Shown here: positions 18,666 through 28,843 of the stretch, piece after piece
Numbering within the stretch: the first letter of the stretch is position 1
Layout of the letters: each line of letters begins with the position of its first letter
NCBI GenBank assembly: GCA_030157865.1
Contig: JAOATY010000045.1
Span: 30,584-94,583, forward strand
Origin: Candidatus Nanopelagicales bacterium
Lineage (GTDB): Bacteria > Actinomycetota > Actinomycetes > S36-B12 > UBA5976
Reading direction: 5' to 3'
Length of the DNA stretch: 64,000 nucleotides
Program-made: the position numbers and the translations under genes
Notes under the pieces: model-generated
What the model was told of the DNA's origin: nothing
What the model saw: only the letters and a program-made list of their open reading frames with translations
Database searches by the model: none

Positions 18666-19433
18666 ATGGATGGTATCTATGATGTAACGACCCTGACAGC
18701 TGATCAATACATGGTTGTCAGTGGGTTCTTGTCTCTTGGCTTTGCAGCAATGCTTGCCACGACCATTTACCTATACCTAAGCCAAGGCCGCGTACTTCCA
18801 AAGTACCGCCAGGCAATCGTAATCTCAGGAACTGTAACCCTGATTGCGCTTTACCACTACTGGAGAATCTACGATTCATTCAAGTCAGCACACGCTGGTG
18901 GCGAAGTTTTCAACGAAGCGTACCGCTACGTTGACTGGTTACTAACTGTTCCACTATTGCTTATGGAAACCATTGCAGTACTTGCACTTCCAGCAGCAAG
19001 CCGTAAGTCACTTACAGCTCGTCTAGTTCCTGCTTCCGCAGCAATGATCATCCTTGGTTACCCAGGTGAAGTTTCTGCAGACATGGCAACAAAGGCAATC
19101 TGGGGCGGACTTTCTTCAATTCCGTTCTTGTACATCCTTTACATCTTGTTCGTAGAGTTGACCAAGACACTTGAAACCCAGCCAGCAGATGTTGCAGCAA
19201 CAGTAAAGCGTCTTCGCTTGCTTCTTATTGCAACATGGGGTGTTTACCCAATCTCCTACCTATTGCCACTAGTTGGCGTAGATGGCGGAAATGCTTTCGT
19301 TGGACGTCAGGTCGGTTACACCGTTGCTGACATCCTTGCTAAGTGTCTCTTCGGTCTGACAATCTACAAGATTGCTCGCCTAAAGAGCGCAGCAGATGAC
19401 GCATCATATGCAGCATCTGAAGGCGTACATTAA
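18666..19433 (+). CDS. Actinorhodopsin / xanthorhodopsin-type light-driven proton pump
   Basis: RYVDWLLTVPLLLME carries the D-T-E proton acceptor/donor triad with Leu at the PR-105 tuning position. YHYWRI provides the His. ADILAK provides the Schiff-base Lys with Asp four residues upstream. Seven hydrophobic helices. AAGGAG Shine-Dalgarno. Confidence 0.92.
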   Translation: MDGIYDVTTLTADQYMVVSGFLSLGFAAMLATTIYLYLSQGRVLPKYRQAIVISGTVTLIALYHYWRIYDSFKSAHAGGEVFNEAYRYVDWLLTVPLLLMETIAVLALPAASRKSLTARLVPASAAMIILGYPGEVSADMATKAIWGGLSSIPFLYILYILFVELTKTLETQPADVAATVKRLRLLLIATWGVYPISYLLPLVGVDGGNAFVGRQVGYTVADILAKCLFGLTIYKIARLKSAADDASYAASEGVH

Positions 19434-19445
19434 TAATTAATATAT

Positions 19446-19481
19446 AAAGAACCCCCTAGCAGAAACGCTAGGGGGTTCTTT
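19446..19481. terminator. Bidirectional intrinsic terminator between the rhodopsin and DUF2017 genes
   Basis: Perfect 15-bp stem AAAGAACCCCCTAGC-agaaac-GCTAGGGGGTTCTTT flanked by A/T runs. Confidence 0.75.
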
Positions 19482-19488
19482 ATTTGCC

Positions 19489-20004
19489 TTAAGTTAGTGA
19501 GTCGATCAGGGTGCCTTGTAAGTAGGTCAAGTAGTTATAAAGGTGGATGCCCGGTTCATCTAAATCAAAATCGGTCTCAACTTCATCTGAGATTTCTAGC
19601 CTGGTTCCGAGTACTAATCGAAGATCATTAAGGGCTTTAAGCCAGTCCTGTGCCTGCTGCGAACTAACTGTGGATTTACCGGTCCAGCTATCCAAAGTGG
19701 TACGGACTGTGGCTAGTGCGGTGATTTTCTGAGCCCTTAAATCCTGTTCAGTAAACCGGCGAAAATCAGCACTGGCATGTTCATCATCTGAATAACCATC
19801 TGGGAAAAGTCTGGCTAATGCCGGATCATCTGAGATTTGAGTTGACCCACTCATGTTCAACATTTTTGCTAACGGGTCTGAGCTTGTTTCAATTTCTGAA
19901 TCATTTAACAACTCAGCCATCTGCTCAAATAGTTGAGACAAGACGCCTTGTTCTGCGTCATCAAGCTTTAGGGTGATTTTCCCACCAAGTCCAGACTTAA
20001 ACAC
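19489..20004 (-). CDS. DUF2017-domain protein (ClpS-associated)
   Basis: 171-aa acidic protein immediately downstream of clpS, the arrangement usual in Actinobacteria. Confidence 0.6.
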   Translation of the reverse strand: MFKSGLGGKITLKLDDAEQGVLSQLFEQMAELLNDSEIETSSDPLAKMLNMSGSTQISDDPALARLFPDGYSDDEHASADFRRFTEQDLRAQKITALATVRTTLDSWTGKSTVSSQQAQDWLKALNDLRLVLGTRLEISDEVETDFDLDEPGIHLYNYLTYLQGTLIDSLT

Positions 20005-20283
20005 TTAATCGTCCTTCTGCAAGGTTGCCCAGAGCCCGTAGGAATGCATTGCGGCCACATCTCGTTCCATCTCTTCTCTGGTGCCGGAGCTCACTACGGC
20101 TCGGCCTTTTTCGTGCACATCCAGCATTAAGAGTTCAGCTTTTGGCTTGTCGTAACCAAAGTAAGTTTGAAAAACATAAGTTACGTATGTCATTAGATTG
20201 ATTGGATCGTTCCAGACCAAAGTGATCCATGGTCGGTCGGTAGATACGTCAATTGCCACGTCTTCGATCGGCATTGCAGTCAT
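20005..20283 (-). CDS. clpS: ATP-dependent Clp protease adaptor ClpS
   Basis: [17 protein letters not shown] and HEKG motifs. Confidence 0.9.
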   Translation of the reverse strand: MTAMPIEDVAIDVSTDRPWITLVWNDPINLMTYVTYVFQTYFGYDKPKAELLMLDVHEKGRAVVSSGTREEMERDVAAMHSYGLWATLQKDD

Positions 20284-20323
20284 GCTTTTAGTCTCTCACG
20301 CAGAATTACTTATCCTGTACATG

Positions 20324-20359
20324 AATCAGGGGCTGATCCAATTGGACCAGCCCCTGATT
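20324..20359. terminator. Perfect 12-bp GC-rich hairpin between the hdeD-like gene and clpS
   Basis: AATCAGGGGCTG-n12-CAGCCCCTGATT. The U-tract is poor on either strand. Confidence 0.45.
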
Positions 20360-20373
20360 TGAATTACTTTAAG

Positions 20374-20943
20374 TTACTTCTTGGCTAGGCCACGAAGCTG
20401 GAATGATGCAACAATTTCCATTACGCCCAAGATGATCAAGAAGAATGACATTACCTGGGTGATTGTGATTAGTGATGCAATTGGGTTGTTGATGGTGATA
20501 ACACCAGCAATCAAAGTGATGATGCCCATAAAGATTGCCCAGCCACGGCCAGGTACTCCCTTGGATGCTAGACCTGCAACAAGTTCAGCCATACCTCGGA
20601 AGATAAAGGTGATACCCATAAAGATTGCTGCTAGCTGTGCATCTTTAACGATTCCACCGTTAAAGAAGATCACTGCCAAGATGATGGAAAGTGAACCGCT
20701 GATGATCATCAGGACCTTGCCTGAGCCTTCAGTGTCATCAGCTAGGGCACGGACGATTGTTCCGATACCGCTGAATAGAAGCCAAATGCCAAACAGCATT
20801 ACAAGTGTTGCTGTTGCTGAAACTGGGTTGTTTAGCGCCATTACGCCAACGACCATGGAAAGGATTCCGAGGATTAGTAGAAGCCACCACTTCTTGCCAA
20901 ATGCCATCATGGCATCTTGTGGGGACGAGGTATTTACTGTCAT
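20374..20943 (-). CDS. HdeD/DUF308-family membrane protein
   Basis: 189 aa. Repeated W..L.GI..I..G hydrophobic hairpins typical of DUF308. Confidence 0.7.
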   Translation of the reverse strand: MTVNTSSPQDAMMAFGKKWWLLLILGILSMVVGVMALNNPVSATATLVMLFGIWLLFSGIGTIVRALADDTEGSGKVLMIISGSLSIILAVIFFNGGIVKDAQLAAIFMGITFIFRGMAELVAGLASKGVPGRGWAIFMGIITLIAGVITINNPIASLITITQVMSFFLIILGVMEIVASFQLRGLAKK

Positions 20944-20977
20944 TTGTTCTCCCGTAAATTAGGTCTTTCTCAAGATT

Positions 20978-22360
20978 TTAGGGGCGAATTGTCGCTTTCC
21001 GTTGGATTTGAGGGATGAACAACAGGGCGCTTAGGCCAACAAACACACAGAAAATCCAAATAGTGATGAAAGTGCCGCTTTCGATGCCTTGTTTCACGCT
21101 GGCAAGTGCCAAAACTGAGCCAGCAATTGCCGTAGCAATAATCACGCCAAAGGAATCTGACATTTGAAGTGAAGCACTGTGGCGCGCATGTTCTTCTTCT
21201 GGCGACTGGTCAAGCATGAGAACACCCAAAGTCGGAAAACACATTCCCATCCCGAAGGCTGCTACTCCCCACGCAAGACTGGCGAGCAATGCCGAAACCA
21301 CTATGTTGTCTGGAATAAAAACTGCAACGGGTGTTAACGCAATACCGAGTGATGTCAATGAAACGCCTGTAAACAAAACTTGCTGCCTTGAATATTTAAG
21401 TTTGTGGCTGCCTTGCAACCACGATCCAGCGAACCAAGTAATGGTTGCTGCAGTTAAGACTCCACCGGAGAGCGCCACTGAGGTTCCTCTGATTTCTTGC
21501 AGCGCAAGTGGAACATAAATCTCTGCCGCAAAGAATGCGCCAGCTAATACGCCACGCATGCCAACAATGGCAGGAATACCGGCAGCCATTCGAAGAAACC
21601 CGGTTGGCATAAGCGCCTTAGTTGACCACGCGGTAACACCAAGCGAGGTTACGAAAATAACAACGAGAGAAATTGCGCTCCATCGACCAACGTGCGAAGC
21701 TCCAGCTTGAAACACAGACAAAGCGCCAATTGCAACAAGTACTGATGTGATTTGAATTCGAGCATCAGTTCTCAACGGTGTAGGCACGAAAGGCAATCTC
21801 TTTAACTCAGGAATCAAAAGCATGATTGGCCCAATTAACAGAAGTGGAACAATCCAGAAAGTCATTCGCCATGATGACACTTCAACTAACAAGCCTGCAG
21901 CGCCTGGTCCAATTAAGCCCGGCACTACCCACGCTGCTGCCAACATCCCGAGTGCTTTAGCGCGAAGTGCTTCGGGATACATGCGTCCAATAACGACATA
22001 CATCGTCACTAAATCAATTCCCATGGCAAAGCCTTGAATGGATCGGCCAAGAGTTAGTACTGCAAGGTTCGGCGCAAAGCCCGCGACCATGGAGCCAATC
22101 GCTAAGGCAATCACCGCAAACACAACAACCCTAGCTAGGCCGATTTTGTTTGCCCACAATCCGGCAAACGTCATGCCTAGTAGCGACGCCATGGTGAAAC
22201 TTGTGAAAGCAACTGCGTAGTTACTAATTGCATTTAGATCAGCGGCGGCTACCGGCATAACGGCGCCGATTGCAATTCCTTCGAATCCAAAAACACTTAC
22301 AAGGGCAACAATGCCGATGCTTAGTCGCCGATATTCAGGAGCCCAAGGCGAAAGTGTCAT
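20978..22360 (-). CDS. MFS transporter
   Basis: 460 aa with about 12-14 TM helices. Confidence 0.8.
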   Translation of the reverse strand: MTLSPWAPEYRRLSIGIVALVSVFGFEGIAIGAVMPVAAADLNAISNYAVAFTSFTMASLLGMTFAGLWANKIGLARVVVFAVIALAIGSMVAGFAPNLAVLTLGRSIQGFAMGIDLVTMYVVIGRMYPEALRAKALGMLAAAWVVPGLIGPGAAGLLVEVSSWRMTFWIVPLLLIGPIMLLIPELKRLPFVPTPLRTDARIQITSVLVAIGALSVFQAGASHVGRWSAISLVVIFVTSLGVTAWSTKALMPTGFLRMAAGIPAIVGMRGVLAGAFFAAEIYVPLALQEIRGTSVALSGGVLTAATITWFAGSWLQGSHKLKYSRQQVLFTGVSLTSLGIALTPVAVFIPDNIVVSALLASLAWGVAAFGMGMCFPTLGVLMLDQSPEEEHARHSASLQMSDSFGVIIATAIAGSVLALASVKQGIESGTFITIWIFCVFVGLSALLFIPQIQRKATIRP

Positions 22361-22626
22361 TCTGAGTTGTCGCTGTTATCTCCACCAGGTGGCAAGCCTT
22401 CAAAAATTGCCTTGCACTGCGGACAAACTGGGAACTTACCTGGGTCGCGATTTGGAATCCAAACTTTTCCGCACAATGCGACAACTGGTGCGCCCATAAC
22501 GGCACTTTCAACAATTTTGTCCTTTTGAACATAATGCGCAAAGCGCTCATGATCGCCAGCTTCTACCTGCTCTTCGACACGTTCGTCGACGATCACGCCA
22601 CCTTCAGTGCGAATTTCATCAGCCAT
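22357..22626 (-). CDS. DUF3039-domain protein
   Basis: 89 aa. HERFAHYV ... CGK.W.P.RDP..(F/Y)P.CP.C pattern. Confidence 0.6.
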   Translation of the reverse strand: MADEIRTEGGVIVDERVEEQVEAGDHERFAHYVQKDKIVESAVMGAPVVALCGKVWIPNRDPGKFPVCPQCKAIFEGLPPGGDNSDNSE

Positions 22627-22676
22627 GAGCCCTACCTTAACAAACTCAAATGACTTCGAATCGAAGACAGTGAAAC

Positions 22677-24500
22677 TTATGCTGGCAAAGAATTCAAGCG
22701 AGACTTAAGGTCTGCCAACTCTGCCTGAAGTTCGGCTGGAACCCGACCATCAAACTGGCTGAAGTATTCCTCGGTTAGATCGCACTCAGTAAGCCAGCTG
22801 CCCTTATCAACATCAAATAGGGCATCTAGGTCGGCTTCTGAGATTTCTAGACCAGAAAGTGGCAAGTCTTCACGCTTTGGCAATACGCCAACTGGTGAGT
22901 CAATGCCTTCAGCTTCGTTTTCAAGACGGTCCACAACCCAAGCCAAGACACGGGAGTTCTCGCCGAAACCTGGCCAGATGAAATCGCCGGCTTCGTTCTT
23001 ACGGAACCAGTTGACCTGGAACAGCTTTGGCACATTTGCGAAGGTACGGCCCATGTTGACCCAGTGACCCCAGTAATCAGCCATGTTGTAGCCACAGAAC
23101 GGAAGCATTGCGAATGGGTCGCGGCGCAGCTGACCAAGGCCACCCACAGCGGCGGCTGTCATCTCGGATGAGATTGTTGCGCCCATGAATACACCATGGT
23201 TCCAGCTACGTGCCTGAGCAACCAGTGGAACGTTAGTAGCGCGGCGGCCACCGAAAAGAATTGCTGAGATTGGAACGCCTGCTGGGTTGTCCCATTCATC
23301 TGAAATAGATGGGCACTGTTCCGCAGGAGCGGTGAATCGTGAGTTGGCGTGACTTGAAACTTCTTCTGAATCTGGAGTCCAGTCATTACCCTTCCAGTCG
23401 ATCAAGTGAGCTGGAGCCTCATCAGTTAGACCTTCCCACCAAATGTCGCCATCGTCAGTAAGTGCAACGTTTGTGAACAATGAGTTTGCGTATAGCGAGC
23501 GAATCGCATTGGCATTTGTCTTCATGCCGGTACCTGGAGCAACGCCAAAGAAGCCAGCTTCTGGATTGATCGCGTACAAGCGACCATCTTCGCCTGGGCG
23601 CATCCAGCAGATGTCATCGCCAATGGTTTCAACTTTCCAACCTGGAATTGTTGGCTCAAGCATTGCAAGGTTCGTCTTGCCACAACCGGATGGGAATGCC
23701 GCAGCAATGTAGTGAGTCTTTTGCTTTGGTGAAGTTAGCTTCAAAATCAACATGTGCTCTGCAAGCCACATTTCATCGCGTGCCATTACAGATGCAATAC
23801 GAAGAGCGAAGCACTTCTTGCCTAGCAATGCATTGCCACCATAACCGGAACCGTAGGACCAGATTTCACGTTCTTCTGGGAACTGCACGATGTACTTGGT
23901 TTCGCTGCATGGCCAAGCGACATCTTTTTGTCCTGGCTCAAGTGGTGCACCAACTGAGTGAAGCGCTGGAACAAAGTCACCATGTTCGCCGATTAAATCA
24001 AGAGCAGCCTTGCCCATGCGAGTCATCATCTTCATGCTGATCACAACGTAAGGAGAGTCGGTAATTTCAACGCCTAGAGCGCTGATGTCTGAACCAAGTG
24101 GTCCCATTGAAAACGGAACGATGTACATAGTGCGACCGCGCATGCAACCTTTGAAAGTTGAGCGAAGAATCGTTTTCATTTCGCTTGGTTCCATCCAGTT
24201 GTTGGTTGGGCCAGCGTCTTCTTCCTTAACGGAACAGATGTAAGTACGGTCTTCAACACGTGCAACGTCACTTGGGTGTGAGCGAGCAAGGAAAGAGTTT
24301 GGTCGTTTCTCGGAGTTAAGTGGAGTGAGCGTTCCGCTTTCAACCAATTCTGAAGTTAGGCGATTCCATTCTTCATCGGAACCATCGCACCATTCGATGC
24401 GATCTGGCGTTGTTAACTCTGCAACTTCGGCAACCCAAGCTAGAAGGCGCTTATTCTTTGTTGGCGCATCTGCAAAACCTGGAATAGTTGAACTGCTCAC
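22677..24500 (-). CDS. pckG: Phosphoenolpyruvate carboxykinase (GTP)
   Basis: 607 aa. FPSGCGKTN kinase-1a motif and full-length GTP-PEPCK resemblance. GTG start after AAGGAG. Confidence 0.95.
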   Translation of the reverse strand: MSSSTIPGFADAPTKNKRLLAWVAEVAELTTPDRIEWCDGSDEEWNRLTSELVESGTLTPLNSEKRPNSFLARSHPSDVARVEDRTYICSVKEEDAGPTNNWMEPSEMKTILRSTFKGCMRGRTMYIVPFSMGPLGSDISALGVEITDSPYVVISMKMMTRMGKAALDLIGEHGDFVPALHSVGAPLEPGQKDVAWPCSETKYIVQFPEEREIWSYGSGYGGNALLGKKCFALRIASVMARDEMWLAEHMLILKLTSPKQKTHYIAAAFPSGCGKTNLAMLEPTIPGWKVETIGDDICWMRPGEDGRLYAINPEAGFFGVAPGTGMKTNANAIRSLYANSLFTNVALTDDGDIWWEGLTDEAPAHLIDWKGNDWTPDSEEVSSHANSRFTAPAEQCPSISDEWDNPAGVPISAILFGGRRATNVPLVAQARSWNHGVFMGATISSEMTAAAVGGLGQLRRDPFAMLPFCGYNMADYWGHWVNMGRTFANVPKLFQVNWFRKNEAGDFIWPGFGENSRVLAWVVDRLENEAEGIDSPVGVLPKREDLPLSGLEISEADLDALFDVDKGSWLTECDLTEEYFSQFDGRVPAELQAELADLKSRLNSLPA

Positions 24501-24683
24501 GAGAACTCCTTGACTGAAAACCTCATCTAAGGCTTTACGGGATTAACTTAGAATGCACCCGAAATGAACAAAAAACTAACTTAAAAACCCGAAAAAACCC
24601 TTAAAACTGGGCGTTGTGAGCAAACACACACGACTGGCGCGTGCTCCTGTGAATAGAGTGACGGATGTTCCTAGACTGGAGTA

Positions 24684-25385
24684 GTGCCTAATTCAGGAAA
24701 TTCCCAAACATTGCTAGAAAACAACGACACCGTCGTTGTGGTTCCAGTGTTTTCTGAGGCACCCGTAATTGCTCAGGTAATTGCTGAACTTTCCCAATAC
24801 TTCCCACATATCTATTGCATCGACGATGGCAGCCCAGACGGGTCTGGTGAGATCGCTGCAAAGTCCGGCGCTCACGTGGTTTGGCACCCAATGAATTTTG
24901 GACAGGGCGCAGCTCTTCAAACCGGAATTGAAGCCGGTCTAGAAAATCCTGATATCAAATACTTTGTGACTTTTGACGGTGATGGCCAGCACTCCCCGAT
25001 TGATGCCGTTGAAATGGTTAAAACGCTTCGGGCGCGCGAGTTTGATGTCGTTTTTGGATCAAGGTTTCTGGATGAACGAACTGAATTAACAGCGGCAAAG
25101 CGCGTAGTTCTAAAGCTGGCAGTTAGTTACACAAATGCTTTAACCGGATTGAAGCTAACAGATGCCCACAACGGTCTTCGCGCATTCAACCGAGACGTTG
25201 CAAAGTGGATTAACTTGCAACACAACGGCATGGCGCACGCTACCGAAATTGTTAATCAAATTAGCAAAGGTAATTTCCGTTATTGTGAACGTCCCGTTCA
25301 TATTGTTTATACCGATTACTCCAAAGCCAAGGGACAAAGTCTTTGGAATTCCGTTAACATTCTTTTTGACTTGATATTGAGGTAA
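24684..25385 (+). CDS. Family-2 glycosyltransferase (polyprenyl-phosphate sugar transferase-like)
   Basis: VVVPVFSE, DDGSPDGS and FDGDGQH motifs. Confidence 0.85.
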   Translation: MPNSGNSQTLLENNDTVVVVPVFSEAPVIAQVIAELSQYFPHIYCIDDGSPDGSGEIAAKSGAHVVWHPMNFGQGAALQTGIEAGLENPDIKYFVTFDGDGQHSPIDAVEMVKTLRAREFDVVFGSRFLDERTELTAAKRVVLKLAVSYTNALTGLKLTDAHNGLRAFNRDVAKWINLQHNGMAHATEIVNQISKGNFRYCERPVHIVYTDYSKAKGQSLWNSVNILFDLILR

Positions 25386-25387
25386 CC

Positions 25388-25750
25388 ATGCGTATTGCTC
25401 AGCTTTTCTTAATGGCCGTAATCTTTGTATTGCTGTGGTTTGCCCTACATCACCGCTCCTCCACTGAGGCTCGCGCATTTCGTCGAATCGCGTTCTTAGG
25501 CCTAACTGTTCTAATCATCTTGGCCGTGATTTTCCCTGGCACCTTGACTTCGATTGCAAACACTTTTGGAATTGGCCGCGGCGCTGACCTAGTTATCTAT
25601 CTGGTTGCAATTGGGCTGCTGTTCTTTTCCGTAAGCACTTACTTAAAGTTCGGCGATATGGATCGTCGCATCACATTGCTATCTCGACACATTGCGCTTC
25701 TGGAGAGCAAGGGCGACATTGGTCGAGTTGATCCAGATTCACTTAAGTAA
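25388..25750 (+). CDS. DUF2304-family small membrane protein
   Basis: 120 aa with three TM helices. It is the usual partner gene directly after this type of GT2. Confidence 0.6.
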   Translation: MRIAQLFLMAVIFVLLWFALHHRSSTEARAFRRIAFLGLTVLIILAVIFPGTLTSIANTFGIGRGADLVIYLVAIGLLFFSVSTYLKFGDMDRRITLLSRHIALLESKGDIGRVDPDSLK

Positions 25751-25755
25751 TCTCC

Positions 25756-26421
25756 ATGCCATTTGAACCAACGTTCATAACTCCGGGCGTTCTGCCACTT
25801 TGGCTAGACATTGGAGCCGTTGCCTTAGGTGCAGTATTTGGCGCAACTCTTGCTAACTCTCGACAGGCTCCACTTCTTGGAGTTTTGCTCGTCGGAATTT
25901 TGCTTGGGTTTGGCGGATCAATGATTCGCGATATTTTGCTAAACACCGACATCAATGCCTTAGTGCATGGTCGCTACATCACGACTGCAGTCATTGCTTC
26001 TATCATTGGTGCCCTGTTAGGTGACCTTCTACTGAAGCCGATGTGGTTATTCACAATGTTGGATGCAACGGTCATGGGATTGTTTGCTGTGATTGGTACT
26101 GAAAAAGCGTTGTTGTTCGGAATGCCAATTAGCTCCGCACTATTCATCGGAACATTGACTGCAATTGGCGGCGGAATCATTGCCGACTTGTTAACGGGTG
26201 TTAAGCCGGACGTGATGTCACGAGGACCATGGAGCGCTTCGATGGCGTTGGTAAGCGCCTGTTGGTTCATTATTTGGTTCGAACAAGGCTTTGTCCGATT
26301 TGCAGAACTTAGTTCAATTGCGTTGTGCGTATTGCTTCGAGCAATGGCAATTTGGCGCGGCTGGGAGGCTCCGCACGCAGACCACCTAAAGCCAAATACC
26401 TGGATCAAGCGAAAAGGTTAG
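25756..26421 (+). CDS. TRIC/UPF0126-family cation channel-like membrane protein
   Basis: 221 aa with an internal duplication carrying glycine-rich helices (GFGGSMIRD / AIGGGIIADL). Confidence 0.7.
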   Translation: MPFEPTFITPGVLPLWLDIGAVALGAVFGATLANSRQAPLLGVLLVGILLGFGGSMIRDILLNTDINALVHGRYITTAVIASIIGALLGDLLLKPMWLFTMLDATVMGLFAVIGTEKALLFGMPISSALFIGTLTAIGGGIIADLLTGVKPDVMSRGPWSASMALVSACWFIIWFEQGFVRFAELSSIALCVLLRAMAIWRGWEAPHADHLKPNTWIKRKG

Positions 26422-26445
26422 ACCGTTTCTAAATAGACTTGCGAC

Positions 26446-27654
26446 ATGACTTTTGATGTTGCACGCGTTCGCTCGGCTTTCCCGTCACTTGAATCTGGTG
26501 TGGCCCACTTTGATGGCCCAGGCGGAACTCAAACTCCCCTTTCGGTAGGTCAGGCAATCTGCAAGACGATGACTGGACCGTTAGCAAACCAATACACAAT
26601 TACTGAAGCTGAGCGCAATGCCGAAGCTGCCGTAGATAACGCACGTAGCGCTATGGCCGACTTACTTGGTTCCACGCCAGAAGGAATCTTCTTCGGCCGC
26701 AGCATGACTCAAATTACTTTCGACATCGCTCGCACCTTGGCTCAAGATTGGGGTCCTGGCGATGAGATCGTTGCTTCTCGCCTAGATCACGATGCAAACG
26801 TTCGTCCATGGGTTCGTTATGCCCAACAATCCGGCGCAACACTTCGTTGGATTGATTTTGATCCAGCTACTGGCTACCTAGACGTTTCCGATGTTGAAGC
26901 AGTACTGACTGACCGAACCAAACTTGTTGCCATCACTGCTGCATCAAACTTGATTGGCGCCCGCCCAGACATTCCAGCAATTGCTAAAGCAGTTCATGCC
27001 GTTGGTGGTCTGCTTTATGTAGACGGTGTTCATAACACTCCACACGCCGTGGTCGACTTCAAGGCACTAGGTGCTGACTTCTATGGTTGCTCGCCTTACA
27101 AATTCTTTGGACCGCACATCGGTGTCATGACTGCATCCCCTGCGCTGCTAGAAACTCTGCATCCAGATAAATTGCTTCCGTCAACCGAACATGTTCCAGA
27201 ACGATTCGAACTTGGCACATTGCCATATGAACTACTTGCAGGTATTACAGCTGCTGTTGATTTCATTGCAGACATGGTGCCTGGTTCAGGATCACGCCGC
27301 GAACGAATCATTGTTTCCCAGACCGCAGCCGATGAACATGAGCATGCTTTGAATCATCGTTTGCGTGAAGGTTTGCAGGCAATGGAGAATGTCACGCTTT
27401 ACAGCAATGCTCGACTAAAGACTCCAACTGAGTTGTTTAGTTTGGCTGGGATTAATTCCGAAAATATCTATAAATTCCTAGCGGAGCGAAAAGTTAATGC
27501 CCCTGCTGGAAACTTCTATGCAATCGAATGCTCACGTCATCTTGGTTTAGGTGACGATGGCGCGATTCGCGCTGGACTTGCGCCATACAACACAGTTGAA
27601 GAAATTGATCGTCTACTTGAAGGTTTGGCCGAAGCCACAATCAAGTTGAAGTAG
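26446..27654 (+). CDS. Class V aminotransferase / cysteine desulfurase-like PLP enzyme
   Basis: 402 aa. The fold-type I pattern (..DGVH.. SPYKFFGP) is consistent with the cysteine desulfurase-like family. Confidence 0.75.
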   Translation: MTFDVARVRSAFPSLESGVAHFDGPGGTQTPLSVGQAICKTMTGPLANQYTITEAERNAEAAVDNARSAMADLLGSTPEGIFFGRSMTQITFDIARTLAQDWGPGDEIVASRLDHDANVRPWVRYAQQSGATLRWIDFDPATGYLDVSDVEAVLTDRTKLVAITAASNLIGARPDIPAIAKAVHAVGGLLYVDGVHNTPHAVVDFKALGADFYGCSPYKFFGPHIGVMTASPALLETLHPDKLLPSTEHVPERFELGTLPYELLAGITAAVDFIADMVPGSGSRRERIIVSQTAADEHEHALNHRLREGLQAMENVTLYSNARLKTPTELFSLAGINSENIYKFLAERKVNAPAGNFYAIECSRHLGLGDDGAIRAGLAPYNTVEEIDRLLEGLAEATIKLK

Positions 27655-27657
27655 CAA

Positions 27658-28119
27658 TTAAGCGACAGAAATCTGGTCGCCTTCGATTGTTAGGGCAATT
27701 TTTGCAAGTGGCGTAGCTGTCAAACTTTTTGAGGTTGCTTCATCTGGCGCACCGTTTACTGAGTCGTACTTTGCGCCATGGCATGCGCAGGCAAATCCAC
27801 TTGCATCCGGATAAGCCTCAACTATGCAGCCTTGGTGTGTGCACTTTGAACTGTAGGCAATAAAAGTTCCAGCTGCTGGCTGCAAAATGTAAGCCGGGAT
27901 TCCTGAATTTGGATCCGTGAACTTGAATACTGAACCAACCGGCACGTCTGAGGTCTTGGCCACAACTTTGCTGGCTGGGGCTGAAGACGGCACGGAAGTC
28001 GCTAGCTCTTCCTCGGTAGGAGCAGCGGAATCTGAACTTGAGCACGCTGCTAAACCAACAATTGCCACACCAGCGGCTCCAGCTGTCAGAACTTGTCTTC
28101 TTTGAATTTGTTTTGCCAT
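27658..28119 (-). CDS. Tat-exported Rieske [2Fe-2S] lipoprotein
   Basis: Twin-arginine RRQVLT with lipobox LAAC-S. Rieske boxes CTHQGC and CACHGA. Confidence 0.8.
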   Translation of the reverse strand: MAKQIQRRQVLTAGAAGVAIVGLAACSSSDSAAPTEEELATSVPSSAPASKVVAKTSDVPVGSVFKFTDPNSGIPAYILQPAAGTFIAYSSKCTHQGCIVEAYPDASGFACACHGAKYDSVNGAPDEATSKSLTATPLAKIALTIEGDQISVA

Positions 28120-28231
28120 ACCTAGATAGTGCCATTAACTAAGGAGGTTTGCCTGTCAGCACCTCAGGTACAATAGGAACATAACTAAATAGTGGTGGTT
28201 ACCTATCCAGTAATCCCCTGATGAAAATCTT

Positions 28232-28596
28232 GGGGGTGAACGGTTTCGACTTTGGTAGTCGAAATGGGAGAAGCGAGCCGAGAATGTTGGTCATCTCGTA
28301 AACGTCCAGCAAAAACAATAAGTGCCAAATCTAACCGCACTGATTTCGCCCTAGCTGCATAAGCTAGCCTGAAATCCGCGAGACCAGGGGCGTTCCCGCT
28401 CTGGATCCTTGTGTCATTAAGGGAACTTACCAACGGAACCGGTCGCGGGTTCTGACGGAAAATCTAACAGTGACTGTGCCTGTCGACATCTTGTTTGCGT
28501 GAACGTCGGGGCAGAGAAAAGCTACTGCAAACTGCGCTCGGAGAATAACCAAATCTTCACCTAAGGACCCGGGTTCGATTCCCGGCACCTCCACCA
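28232..28596 (+). ncRNA. ssrA: tmRNA (transfer-messenger RNA)
   Basis: The 5' end GGGGGUGAACGGUUUCGAC pairs with the 3' end CACCUCCACCA, including G3:U70. tRNA-like T arm GGGTTCGATTCCC. Tag ORF at 28324-28359 encodes AKSNRTDFALAA followed by TAA. Confidence 0.95.
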
Positions 28597-28603
28597 CAAA
28601 AAT

Positions 28604-28631
28604 AATCCGGCCTGTGCGCCGGATTTTTTTT
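28604..28631 (+). terminator. Intrinsic terminator of ssrA
   Basis: AATCCGGC-ctgtgc-GCCGGATT followed by a T-run. Confidence 0.8.
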
Positions 28632-28801
28632 GTTTGGTGGATGTGCAACGGGAATCGGGAGGAGCAGCATCGCTGCGACGGCTCCCGGCACCGGGGCGTG
28701 ATGTGCCTGCACTTTTTGCGTTTGAAAGGAAATTGAAAATTTCCGAGCTACGAGTTTGATCGCGAGTTCCCGGTGGAGGTTGACCGAGCAAAGCGAGGGA
28801 A

Positions 28802-28843
28802 CACCTCCTTTTTTCGAACACCTCCAACACCTCCACCACCTCC
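28802..28843. repeat. Four CACCTCC copies (three at 9-nt period), echoing the ssrA 3' end
   Basis: CACCTCC at 28802, 28819, 28828 and 28837. The same heptamer is in the ssrA acceptor 3' strand (28586-28592). Confidence 0.7.

Noticed and set aside
20381-20962. 193-aa plus-strand ORF, and similar long antisense ORFs at 13243-13716, 40039-40578, 45033-45539 and 54109-54660
   Set aside because: Each lies entirely antisense to a well-supported gene (hdeD-like, metal permease, ftsE, tadA, tsaD) and has low-complexity P/S/R/A-rich composition. These are shadow ORFs.
28140-28231. Explicit -35/-10 promoter call for ssrA (TTGCCT ... TACAAT)
   Set aside because: The spacing between the two hexamers is only about 14 nt by my count, which is not good enough to report as a feature.
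28641-28736. 31-codon Cys/His/Arg-rich ORF (MCNGNREEQHRCDGSRHRGVMCLHFLRLKGN) downstream of ssrA
   Set aside because: It has no usable Shine-Dalgarno spacing and lies in GC-rich repeat-scar DNA. It is too short to support without conservation data.
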